The position numbers were made by a program, and so were the translations under genes. Positions 26,444 to 36,788 of a stretch of 36,788 nucleotides of DNA are shown in pieces. Within the stretch, counting starts at the first letter, position 1. The number at the start of each line of letters is the position of its first letter. The notes beneath the pieces are model-generated. The model was not told the origin of the DNA and did not search any database. It saw only the letters and a program-made list of their open reading frames with translations. The stretch is from Octopus sinensis (taxonomy: Eukaryota), in contig NW_021836864.1 in NCBI RefSeq assembly GCF_006345805.1, positions 1 through 36,788 on the forward strand, given 5' to 3'.

Positions 26444-26496
26444 TGAGCTGATGAGAGAAGGGTCGAACTTGGCTAATCTTGAAACGTACGTACTCA
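26444..26496 (+). ncRNA. Type I hammerhead ribozyme (array copy 3)
   Basis: TGAG-CTGATGA-GAGA/agggtcgaacttggctaa/TCTT-GAAACGTACGTA-CTCA. Complete core, GUA triplet, palindromic stem III. Confidence 0.8.
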
Positions 26497-26989
26497 AATA
26501 CCTTTGCATTGATTTTTTAATGTCTCTACCCTCATACTTTCTTGGTTGAATTGAGCAAGCACTATATGAGAGAGGTTTCTTAAGTGTTAGAAATAGTTTC
26601 TTTAGCTGCTATTTCTAACGAGTTCAGTATGCGGCAAAGTAAAGTATTTATTTTACTAAGCCCTTTTATATAATGTAATAATTTGAATTTGCCTTAAATG
26701 GTCCCTTTGCATACTGAATACTTGGTGAAATTGATTAATTAATTAATTAATTTTACCCTCAATTGTTAAAATTATAATTCTCTCTCTCTACTTACTTGTC
26801 TTGGATTTTACGAAAAAAGGATAGTGTTTGCTGATTTAACCCACGCTGGTGGAAAGGGGAGAACAGAAATTTTTCTCTTGCATATTGAGTTAGCTAGCAC
26901 TGTTAGTTGGGAACAAATCTTCAGAAGCGATAACAAGCCGAAGGGTATGCTCCCATTTTCAGTGTTTTCAAACTCAAACAAGGGCATTC

Positions 26990-27042
26990 TGAGCTGATGA
27001 GAGAAGGGTCGAACTTGGCTAATCTTGAAACGTACGTACTCA
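26990..27042 (+). ncRNA. Type I hammerhead ribozyme (array copy 4)
   Basis: Same intact motif as 26444-26496. Confidence 0.8.
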
Positions 27043-27542
27043 AATAACCTTGCATTTGATTTTTTAATGTCTCTACCCTCATACTTTCTTGGGTGAATTG
27101 AGCAAGCACTATATGAGAGAGGTTTTCTTTAAGTGTTAGAAATAGTTTCTTTAGCTGCTATTTCTAACGAGTTCAGTATGCGGCAAAGTAATTTATTTTA
27201 CTAAGCCCTTTTATATAATGTAATAATTTGAATTTGCCTTAATGGCCCTTTGCATACTGAATACTTGGTGAGTTGTAATTAATTAATTAATTTTACCCTC
27301 AATTGTTGAAATTATAATTCATCTCTCTCTACTTAATTGTCTTGGATTTTACCGAAAAAAAAGGATAGTGTTTGCTTGATTTTAACCCACGCTGGTGGAA
27401 AGGGGAGAGGGACAGAACAGAATTTTTCTCTTGCATATTTGAGTTAGAGCACTGTTAGTTGGGAACAATCTTCAGAAGCGATAACAAGCCGAAAGGGTTA
27501 TGCTCCCATTTTCAGTGTTTTCAAACTCAAACAAGGGCATTC

Positions 27543-27596
27543 TGAGCTGATGAGAGAAGGGTCGAAACTTGGCTAATCTTGAAACGTACGTACTCA
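27543..27596 (+). ncRNA. Type I hammerhead ribozyme (array copy 5)
   Basis: Same intact core, with one extra A in loop II. Confidence 0.8.
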
Positions 27597-27767
27597 AATA
27601 ACTTTGCATTTGATTTTTTAATGTCTCTACCCTCATACTTCTTGGGTTGAATTGAGCAAGCACTATATGAGAGAGGTTTTCTTGAAGTGTTAGAAATAGT
27701 TTTTTAGCGATTGCTATTTCTAACGAGTTCAGTATGCGGCAAAAGTAAATTATTTACTAAGCCCTTT

Positions 27768-27773
<6 letters not shown>

Positions 27774-27813
<40 letters not shown>

Positions 27814-27836
27814 TATATACATTACACACATACCAC

Positions 27837-27908
<72 letters not shown>

Positions 27909-27941
27909 CATATATAGCAGTAAGAAAATAAGAAAATATAT

Positions 27942-27986
<45 letters not shown>

Positions 27987-28196
27987 CATATATATACATA
28001 TATATGCATATATATACATCAATATCTACATACTATATATATGCATATATGCATATATACTATATGCATATATACATATCTACATATATAACATATATAT
28101 GCATATATACATATATATGCATATATATACATATATATACTATATTCTTTATATAAGCGTATATATATGTGTGTGTATATATGTATATGTTTTTGC

Positions 28197-28238
<42 letters not shown>
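27774..28238. repeat. (TA)n-rich microsatellite block
   Basis: Direct reading. Confidence 0.95.
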
Positions 28239-28241
<3 letters not shown>

Positions 28242-28270
28242 AGCGAGAAAGAAGCAACAGAATGGATAGG

Positions 28271-28363
28271 TTTTTAGTACAATCGTTTCATACAAGGACA
28301 GGCTTTATTAAAAGTTGCAAAAATTGCAGCATATAAACGCGTCCCGTACTCATCAGCTAAAAA
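28271..28363 (-). ncRNA. Type I hammerhead ribozyme with extended stem II
   Basis: Minus strand TTTTTAG-CTGATGA-GTACGGGAC...GTCCTTGTAT-GAAACGATTGTA-CTAAAAA. 7-bp stem I, GUA triplet. Confidence 0.85.
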
Positions 28364-29812
28364 TACATGTGAGTTCTCTAGACATCCTAGTGGTTGAGGC
28401 TATACTCATGAAGTAATGTAGATAATTAAGTAACATAAACAGATTCCAAAGTTCATTAAAGTCTCTTTAAAGATGATGTACAGTCTTATCACAGAATTTT
28501 AAAAAAGTTTTAATAGCATCACAGAGAAGGTGACTTAATCCATGGTGTACATATGAATTTCAGAGATATGAGAGGAGGGATTACATACTCACAGACGACA
28601 AATTTATCCATTGCTAATCACAACGAGGTGGGTTTCAATTCCTGCTTATTAGCATTACCGAGAGGGTGAATTAATCCTTTGTATAGATGCACAATTTCCA
28701 ATGGTGTAGATGTAAATTTCCAGAGAAATGAAGAGGAATTTCATATTCACAGGCGATAAATTTATCAATGGTTGAACACAATGGGTGGGTATCAAATTCT
28801 TGCTATATGATTAGGTATTTGCCACATTAATCACATTACTGCTATTTTCAAGAGACTGTAGCTATTTAACTTTTAAAGGCCTGAAGGGCTTTCTAGAGAG
28901 GCAAAGAACAGAAAAGGGAAGGAAAGAGAAGAAAGAGAGAAAATAAAGGGGGAGGGAGCAAAAGGGGGGGGGCTAGAAGAGAAGAGAAAAGGAAAAAGAA
29001 AAAAGAAAAAAGAGAAATAAGAAGAAGAAAAAGAAAAAAGAGAAAAGAGAAAGAAATAGGGAAAGAAGGGAAAAAAAGAGAAAAAGAAAAAAAGAGGGTT
29101 CTAGTTATACAGAGGAATTAGTAGACGGCAAGTCTGGTTTTAATTTACAGGCATCTAGGAAAACAGTAAAACAGCTAATTTATTGCTGTCGAAAGCAGCT
29201 ATGAATTTAAAGAGAATCTAAAGAGATAACACGGTCAGGGGTTTAGGGGTTTAGGGTCAAAGGCTAAAATCAAAAGAAAATACATTAGGAAAATCTAAGT
29301 ATAATCTTATCAAAAAGTCATTAAAATTTATTTATTTAATTTATTCATTTTACTGTCTTAAGGAGTTGCCGTTATTATTCATACATTGACGGACTACAGG
29401 TCAAATCTTAGAAGATCATTTACAAGGTGTTAGGGAATTGTCTATCATAATGAAGATAATCATATTATCACGAGGGAGTAGCCTTATTTATTTAATTTTG
29501 AAATAGAATTATGGGGCTTTGTAACTCATTTTATTTTATTAAAGTTATGCTACTTAAATTAGATTAAGTTAAGAATTAAAATTAAAAATTAAAATTAGAT
29601 TTAAAAAATTTAAAAATTATGAGTTTGAAATTAAATAAAGCCTCAATTAAGCAGCGTATAAGTACTATTCAATTCCCTGCCTCAAAAAACTGATGCAGAT
29701 ATAAGGAAAAAGATAACTGTAGTGTGAGAACTCTTAGTTATCTACTTAAAGCAGTGCTATACTAGCAAAAATCAAGTTATATCTATCTATCTATCTAGTT
29801 ACGAATATTTAA

Positions 29813-31440
29813 TCATTTAAAATATTTTAAAGTCTTCAATTTAGCGTGGACACAAACTTGACCTAGTTCGATATGGTTATTCAATAAGTTTCTATGTTTC
29901 TATGCTTTAGAATTTCATACGTCTCCATGGAGCATAGTTGGCAACCAACCCTGCTATTTTTATACGGAATTGCTCTCCTAACTATTTCCCAATTAAGGTT
30001 TAATTATTATTATTATTTTTGAGTTCCCAGATTTTGTTTAAAAGTGTGGTGGTACCAGCTTTATGACGTAATTTAAAAGACGAGATGTGATTTCTAACTC
30101 TGGTAGAAGATTAATTGTACATCCATGTAAGATATTTGTTATTCGCCGTGGATATGGTACATTTATAGATTACATTATTTTCCCCGCATAGACCAGGTGC
30201 CGGGCATTTTCATTTTATTCTACACTTACACACAGGAGGAACAACTTCAGGTTTGGATTATTCTTGGGTAGATGTCTTAGGTTCCTATTATTTTGATTAT
30301 CATGAGTATAATTGTCCTTATTGTTATTAATATTTCTATAGTTGGTGCTGATATCTAAAGTATTGCTATTATTTATTGATCCTTCTGTTTCATCATTTTA
30401 GGTCTAAAGTCCTACCATGATTTCTTATATTATGTTGGTACTATTTTATTATTTTGTTAGTCTTTTTTATCGACTCTGCATATTGTTGTTATGATATCAC
30501 TTATATTTTCATTCTCCTTATTTTCTCCATTAGCCTTATTTCTATATTTCTATTATTAACATTATTACTTCTATTAATATCGGTATTGTTATTATTACTA
30601 TTAATGTTAATGTTATTAGTCATTCTGTGGTACTATTTCACCCATGTTTTGATAGTTACTATTGCTTTTTATTGTTGGTGTATTTTATTATTATTGCTAT
30701 TGGTATTCATGTTGATATTATTATTTTTATTTCTATTTTTCCTGGCTAGTTAATGTGTTATTATTAATTTAGCTATTAAAGTGACATATTTTGGGGGGGT
30801 TGAATAAGAATCCTAACTGTTTTCCTAGAAATATTCTATGATATCTATGAGAGATGGGAAATTTTTTCCAGAATTACTTTGAATTTGTTCTGTATATCCG
30901 ATTGTATCGCACAGTTGAAAGGAAATTCAGCCATATTATATATTTTTATTAAATTTAGGGTTCGTAGAATTATTACTATTCATCTCACCGAGCTATTGTA
31001 TTTATTACCATTTTTTTTATTTATTTGTGTGCATCTTTGGTTTATCTACTTCGCTATTATCCGAGTTACCTATGTTCTGTCAATGCTTCTATTTGAATTG
31101 TTGGGCCTGTACGTTAGATTAGCGTTTAACCGTTGATTTAATTCTACTTTTATTTCGGGCTTGGTCTGTATTGCTGCTTACGTGATTACTGATAACTTCC
31201 TATTAGGAATACGTGAGTTCTCCTTATCAACGAATGTAATCTTTGGTTGTATCCAGCTTAGTTAACGCCGCATTATAATGCTCAGAATGGGAGTTAAATA
31301 TATCCTTATTGGATGATAATTTGAAATTCTTAAGGAAATATTTCTTACTAAAGATTCAATTATATTTGGGGATGATTTGATAATTTATTTACGTAATTCG
31401 TGATTTCGCCTTCCTTTCTAAATGGGTAATGCAGCTTGGA
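29813..31440 (-). pseudogene. PLE polyprotein C-terminal half: RT thumb + GIY-YIG endonuclease (frameshifted)
   Basis: Across frameshifts: YPFRKEGEITNYVNKLSNHP...LSSNKDIF...YNAAL.AGY; IWLNFPFN...FP..HRYHRIF..TVRISYST; CKCRIK*KCPAPGLCGENNVIYKC...RVRNHISSF...KIWELK...WEIVRRAIPY...CQLC..E...CVH...FK* (stop 29813-29815). Confidence 0.85.
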
Positions 31441-32373
31441 GTTATATATATATGTATATATATTTATATATATAAAACCCTTTTTGTGTATGTACCTGTA
31501 TGCATTATTTTTATTTTTTATACTATTACAACTACTTATATCAGTACACACTTTTTAATTATGTATATATATTATCATTTTTCTTACATCCTGTTTCTGA
31601 TTCCTTACTTTCAATCAATAGATATTATGTATATCTTTCCAGATATATTCCATGCATAAGTGGCTTGAATGGTTTTTATAGTGATCACCCATGTATTAAT
31701 TAAAGATGAAGTATTGAGTTGGTTCTACATAATAGTAATCTTTTTAATGTTTAAATTAATGTATGAATCCCTTTCAGCTAACTTGGTTATGATTCCCTTT
31801 TTTAGAATTAAAAAATTTTTTTTTTATTCAACATAATAATATTGTTTATAAACGTTCTCTCACTGATCTCCCAATGTTTTCCTGGATCTCATTGTATGCA
31901 TCGTAAGTTTCATAGTGTTTGCCCCTTTAACTGGTAGCAGCATCATGAATTAATGTCACCTCTTACCGTACCTCTCTTATAGACATTTTCTACTATCTAA
32001 TTGACTCTCTATCTAATTGACTCTCTACAGTTTTGTTTCTTTTTCTTGCAGGAAAAGGGGTACCTATAACAGTCTGAAATTTATGACCTACAGCCAGCTA
32101 GGAGCTGTCAAGTCTCTTTGCTCTTTATTCTAAATATACGCAGTCTTCTAGTCTTAGATTTTTGTTGATGGTAAGGAGATAGATAAATTGGAAATGAATT
32201 ACAACCCTATGGCCCCCACTGTGTTCCATGCCGCTCTAAAAATTATAGTCTGTTATTCTCTTAGCTATTCTTGCTACAATAGTGATAACATGAATTACTT
32301 CCATCTTCTTGCTCTGTTGAAATATTTAAGAAAAATTATATTAATATATCTTGTCTGTTAAAAATCCATATTT

Positions 32374-32461
32374 GTGCAGCTGAAGAGAGCGCTGTATTTA
32401 AATTGATGTGATGATTGCATTGTTCAATTAAATGGAGTCGCTTGAAACGGTCGTACTGCAT
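32374..32461 (+). ncRNA. Type I hammerhead ribozyme with extended stem II
   Basis: GTGCAG-CTGAAGA-GAGCG...CGCTT-GAAACGGTCGTA-CTGCAT. 6-bp stem I, 5-bp stem II base, GUA triplet. Confidence 0.85.
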
Positions 32462-32638
32462 TACTACTTGAAATCCTGTTACTTATTTTGATTTTAATTC
32501 ACCTTACTTCGAGCTGTGCGGATAATACTGGACTGGCTTCGTGCTTCAACTTAAGTACTTAATTCAATTGGAACTTAATTACTTCTTAACTCGTTAACCA
32601 TCACTTATACGTCGCTTCTAGTACTTAGCATTAACAGG

Positions 32639-32825
32639 ATGGAAAGAGTAAATAAGGAATTTTCTCTGAAGGATATTCCCATACATGCAGCTGCTAATCC
32701 ATCGGACTAATGATTAAGAGGATGAGGTTGATAGCTTACCATCATGAAGCTAAGATAAAGAAAAAAGACATAGATACATATGATAAAAATTATTATAAGA
32801 AGATATTCAAAAGCAGAAAAAATCC
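32639..32825 (+). pseudogene. N-terminus of a PLE ORF following the HHR-bearing pseudo-LTR
   Basis: MERVNKEF/SLKDIPI...IKRMRLIAY...FKSRKNP resembles the S.KNIP...IKRMRWKA...FKS..P N-terminus of C-terminal-EN PLEs. Cut off by a SINE at about 32826. Confidence 0.65.
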
Positions 32826-32871
32826 TGCATTGGTTGTCAAGCGATGTTGGGTGAGAACAAATACAGACACA

Positions 32872-32906
<35 letters not shown>

Positions 32907-33037
32907 CACACACATACGACGGGCTTCTTTCAGTTTCCGTCTACCAAATCCACTCCCAAGGCTTTGGTTAATCTGAGGCTATAATAGAAGACACTTTCCC
33001 AAGGTGCCACGCAGTGGGAACGAACCTGGAACCATGT
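32826..33037 (-). mobile_element. SINE family B, internal fragment
   Basis: GACGGGCTTCTTTCAGTTTCCGTCTACC...AAGGTGCCACGCAGTGGG. Confidence 0.8.
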
Positions 33038-33269
33038 ATATATATATATATAAATTTATATAAATAAGGATATGATCGTTATTTAAATACCGATCTTATC
33101 AGGTGGCCAGCATGGGAATAAACATTTTCAAAGGTGTTGTATGAACATTTAATGTTGTTTTGGCTGCTATTTCCACCGTGGTGGTATCTCTTAGATACCC
33201 TAATTTATAATCTTATATACATATATATATATATTATAATCTTATATACATATATATATTATTATATCT

Positions 33270-33326
<57 letters not shown>

Positions 33327-33329
33327 GAT

Positions 33330-33401
<72 letters not shown>

Positions 33402-33414
33402 TATATCTATGCGC

Positions 33415-33600
33415 ATACGAAGGCAAAATGCTTAGCGGTATTTCGCCCTTTTTCCCGTTCTGAGTTCAACTTCCACTCAGGTCGACTTTGCCTTTCATTC
33501 GATAAAATAAGTACCAGTTGTGCGTTGGGGGGAAGGGTTCGATGTAATCGACTTATCCTGTCCTCCGAAATTACTGGTCTTGTGCCAAAAATTTCAAACG
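33415..33600 (+). mobile_element. SINE family C
   Basis: AAATGCTTAGCGGTATTTCG...GGTCGACTTTGCCTTTCAT...AAGTACCAGTTG. Confidence 0.8.
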
Positions 33601-33639
33601 AATATTTATGTGAAATCCAAACACACGCACACACGCACA

Positions 33640-33900
<261 letters not shown>

Positions 33901-34587
33901 AACGTAAACGGTCAAAATAACGACATAGGCTACACTAATGTCTGTCCAATTAGTAAAGTTTTGCTCTGATGAGCACCAGAAAAAAAAAAACAAAACAATA
34001 ACAAGAACAAGATTTCCAATAATCTTTATATTCTTTGCTTTTTCGTTTGTTTGTGTTCCGTGTTCTTCTGCATAATGAGAACAGTCTTGAAACACAACCA
34101 AATGAATGTCTGCTGCGCTTAAAACTTGCTTAAATGTTAGTGATGGCGTAAGAGGAAAGTCAAGAGGATAGAAAGAGAGGGAGAGAGAGAGACGGACAGT
34201 CAGATAGAGTGAGAGAGTGAGACTAAGTGACAGAGAGAGATAGATGCAGAGAGAGAGGTGGGGTAAGACGAACGCATACAAACAGAGAAAAGGTTGTTTA
34301 TGCAACCGGTTGTCATCTTACGGCTAATGATTACAGGTTGCATATGGAAGGAAAGAGGAAGCGATTAATTGGACAATGTAGGTGGGGGGTGATTGGATGG
34401 GTGGATGGATGGGGGAACTCAGAATGCAAACAGCAAGTAGAAGTACTGCAAAACAGGTGTTTCAAAGGCTCAAGGGATCCCGCCAGCTCCTAGCCTTTGT
34501 GAGTCGGGCCAGAAGTAAGTAGTTTTGAAGGAAAAGTCAGTCGATTGCATTGATTCCAAATAGTTGGGTGGTACTTTATTTTATCGG

Positions 34588-34810
34588 CGAGCTGGCAGAA
34601 TCGTTAGCACGCCGGGCGAAATGCTTAGCGGTATTTCGTCTGCCGCTACGTTCTGAGTTCAAATTCCGCCGAGGTCGACTTTGCCTTTCATCCTTTTGGG
34701 GTCGATTAAATAAGTACCAGTTGCGATATAATCGATATAATCGACTTAATCCCTGTGTCTGTGATTGTTTGTCTCCTCTGTGTGTAGCCCCTTGTGGGCA
34801 GTAAAGAAAT
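34588..34810 (+). mobile_element. SINE family C, near full-length
   Basis: Head GGCGAGCTGGCAGAATCGTTAGCACGCCGGGCG, B-box GAGTTCAAATTCC, core GCCTTTCATCCTTTTGGGGTCGAT. Confidence 0.88.
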
Positions 34811-36000
34811 TGGTACTTTATTTTATCGACCCTGAATGTGTGTGTGTGTGGGGGGCAAAGCTGCCATCAGCAAGATTTGAGCTTACAACGTAAAAAAAGG
34901 GAAGAAATGACGCTAAAGATTTTGTTCGGCATGCTAACAATTCTGCCAGCTCACCACAAAGAGGAATTTTGGCAAGAGGAGCTTAATCAATTGCATCGAT
35001 CCTGTACTCAGCTGGTTCTTCGCTTTATTGATCACAGTGGGACGAAACGCAAAGCTGTCCTCGGCGGGATTTGAACTCAGAGTCGGAATAAATACTGCAA
35101 ACCAATTCTTTCGACGCTCTGACGATTCAGCCAGCTAGCTCTCTCATAATTTAGAAAGAACGGTTTCAAATTTTGACACAAGACCAGTAATTTCAAGGAA
35201 GGGGATAAACCGATTACATCGACGCCAGGGCATAACTTCTACTTATTTTATCGACCCCCGAAAGAATGAAAAGTAAAGTTGAGCTCGGAGGAATTTGAAG
35301 TCAAAATGTGAAGACGGACGAATTGCCGCTAAGCATTTTGCCCGGCATTCTATCGACTCTGCCAACTCGCCGCCTTACAGATGAGAAATAGTGGTTTCAA
35401 ATTTTAGCACAATGCCAGCAATTTCGGGGAAAGGGATGTATTCAACTGGTATTATTTTATTGACCTCGAAAGGATGAACGGCAAAGTCGACTTCGGCGGA
35501 ATTTGAAATCAGAGCGTAATGATAGATGAAATGGCGCTAAGTATTTGTCCGGCGTACGAACGGTTCTTCCAGCTCGTTGCCTTAAAAATGAGAAATAATC
35601 CTTTCTAATGCAGGCACAAGGCCTGAAATTTTGAGGAAGGGAGTAACCGATTTCACCGACCCCAGTATCGGCTGCTACTTATTTTATCGACCACGAAAGG
35701 ATGTAAGGCAAAGTCAACTTCGGCGAAATTTGAACTCAGAACGTAGCGGCAGATGAAATACCTATTTCTTTTCTACCCACAAGGAGCTACACACAGAGAA
35801 GACAAACAAGGACAGACAAACGGATTAAGTCGATTATATCGCCCTCAGTGCGTAATTGCTACTTAATTTATCGATCCCCAAAGGATGAAAGGCAAAGTCG
35901 ACCTCGGCAGAATTTGAACTCAGAACATAACGGCAGATGAAATACGGCTACGCATTTCGCCTGGCATGCTAACGTTTCTGCCAGCTTGCCGCCTTCCACC
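34811..36000 (-). mobile_element. About six consecutive same-orientation SINE family C copies
   Basis: Core recurs near 34860, 35055, 35280, 35487, 35712 and 35897. Confidence 0.8.
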
Positions 36001-36009
36001 GCCTTATGG

Positions 36010-36333
36010 TGGCACTCCGTCGGTTCCGACGACGAGGGTTCCAGTTGATCCGGCCAAAGAACAGCCTGCTTGTGAAATTAACGTGCAAGTAGCTGAGCAC
36101 TCTACAAACACGTGTACTCTTAACGTAGTTCTCGGGAGATTCAGCATGACACAGAATGTGACAAGGCTGGCCTCTTTGAAATACAGGTACAACAGAAACA
36201 GGAAGAAAGATTGAAAGAAAATTGTGATGAAAGAGTACAGCAGGGTTCATACCACCACTCTGTCGGTCTGGGAATCGAAATCGCGATCTACAACCGCTAG
36301 TCCGCAGACCTAACCACTGGGCCATTGCCCCTC
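36010..36333 (-). mobile_element. SINE family A
   Basis: Matches 3601-3962. Head CTAACCACTGGGCCATTGCCCCTCC. Confidence 0.85.
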
Positions 36334-36788
36334 CACACCACCTTATAATAATTGAAAAATTATAAAGAAAATTGAGAAGAAACTTTATGGTTGGTGTGCT
36401 ACAAAACACACACAGATACACACATACATGTATATTAGCTAACTCGTGTATTTATAGGGGATATTAGATGACGCTCATAGTTTTAGACTCATCCATCTTT
36501 CTATAAGCAGAACTATTTGATTACTTCTTTAAAATGTAAACACTTGGAGAAGCTACAAAATATATCATTTTCAGGCTGAGTTTCTATGTGGTCAAAGCTA
36601 AAAAAAAGCCTGTAATATATTTGGGTAGAGAAACCCTTGCATAATTAAAAAAATGATCGAACGCTACTTGTAGGAGAGAAGAAATTGTTTCGTCTCACTC
36701 AGATAGCGTTCAATCCAATTTGTCTTCTTTCTCCATACAAAGGTTTTTTTTTCTTCAGCCAATATATTAAATATTAGCATTTATATCT

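Larger units (their letters stand above)
24995..27773 (+). mobile_element. Tandem array of five ~550-bp non-coding units, one hammerhead each (retrozyme-like or PLE pLTR array)
   Basis: Core starts at 25353, 25905, 26448, 26994 and 27547 (spacing 543-553 bp). Copies differ mainly by 1-bp indels. The array ends in (TA)n. Confidence 0.88.
28240..31440 (-). mobile_element. 5'-truncated Penelope-like element (RT thumb, linker, GIY-YIG, long 3' region, HHR)
   Basis: Coding remnant at 29813-31440 and HHR at 28271-28363 lie on the same strand. The element terminates in (TA)n. Confidence 0.85.

Noticed and set aside
24608-27663. Recurrent 60-90 aa ORFs in the tandem array
   Set aside because: Frames differ between copies, starts are mostly non-ATG, and there is no recognisable domain.
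24995-27773. CRISPR-like array or plain satellite
   Set aside because: No unique spacers and a eukaryotic context. The low copy number, ribozyme and inverted leader argue against a simple satellite.
29236-29257. TTTAGGG telomere-like repeats
   Set aside because: Only two imperfect copies inside the PLE 3' region.
30454-30753. 99-aa Leu-rich 'membrane protein' ORF
   Set aside because: Antisense reading of the Asn-rich insert of the PLE.
33074-33106. Hammerhead-like CTGATAA-GATCG/CGATC on the minus strand
   Set aside because: Core mutated and GAAA/UH half missing; cannot be supported.

Overview
AT-rich, repeat-saturated animal genomic DNA. The tRNA-derived SINE families and microsatellite load suggest a cephalopod, probably Octopus (inference). 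No host protein-coding gene can be supported, and almost all ORFs in the track are microsatellite or SINE read-throughs. Recognisable content: many SINE copies, decayed RLE-type non-LTR retrotransposons (Hero-like, R4/Dong-like), a pogo/Tigger-like MITE, Penelope-like element (PLE) fragments and several fold-back structures. The main signal is a dense set of type I hammerhead ribozyme (HHR) motifs from at least six sequence families. The standout is a non-coding ~550-bp unit at 24401-27773: five near-identical tandem copies plus one inverted copy, each with one HHR, embedded in (TA)n. This is a candidate large retrozyme or non-autonomous PLE-dependent element that could release ~550-nt (circular) RNAs. 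Next to it is a PLE (RT thumb + GIY-YIG, 28240-31440) joined head-to-head to a different HHR-bearing PLE pseudo-LTR. All family assignments come from reading motifs by eye; no searches or folding were run.
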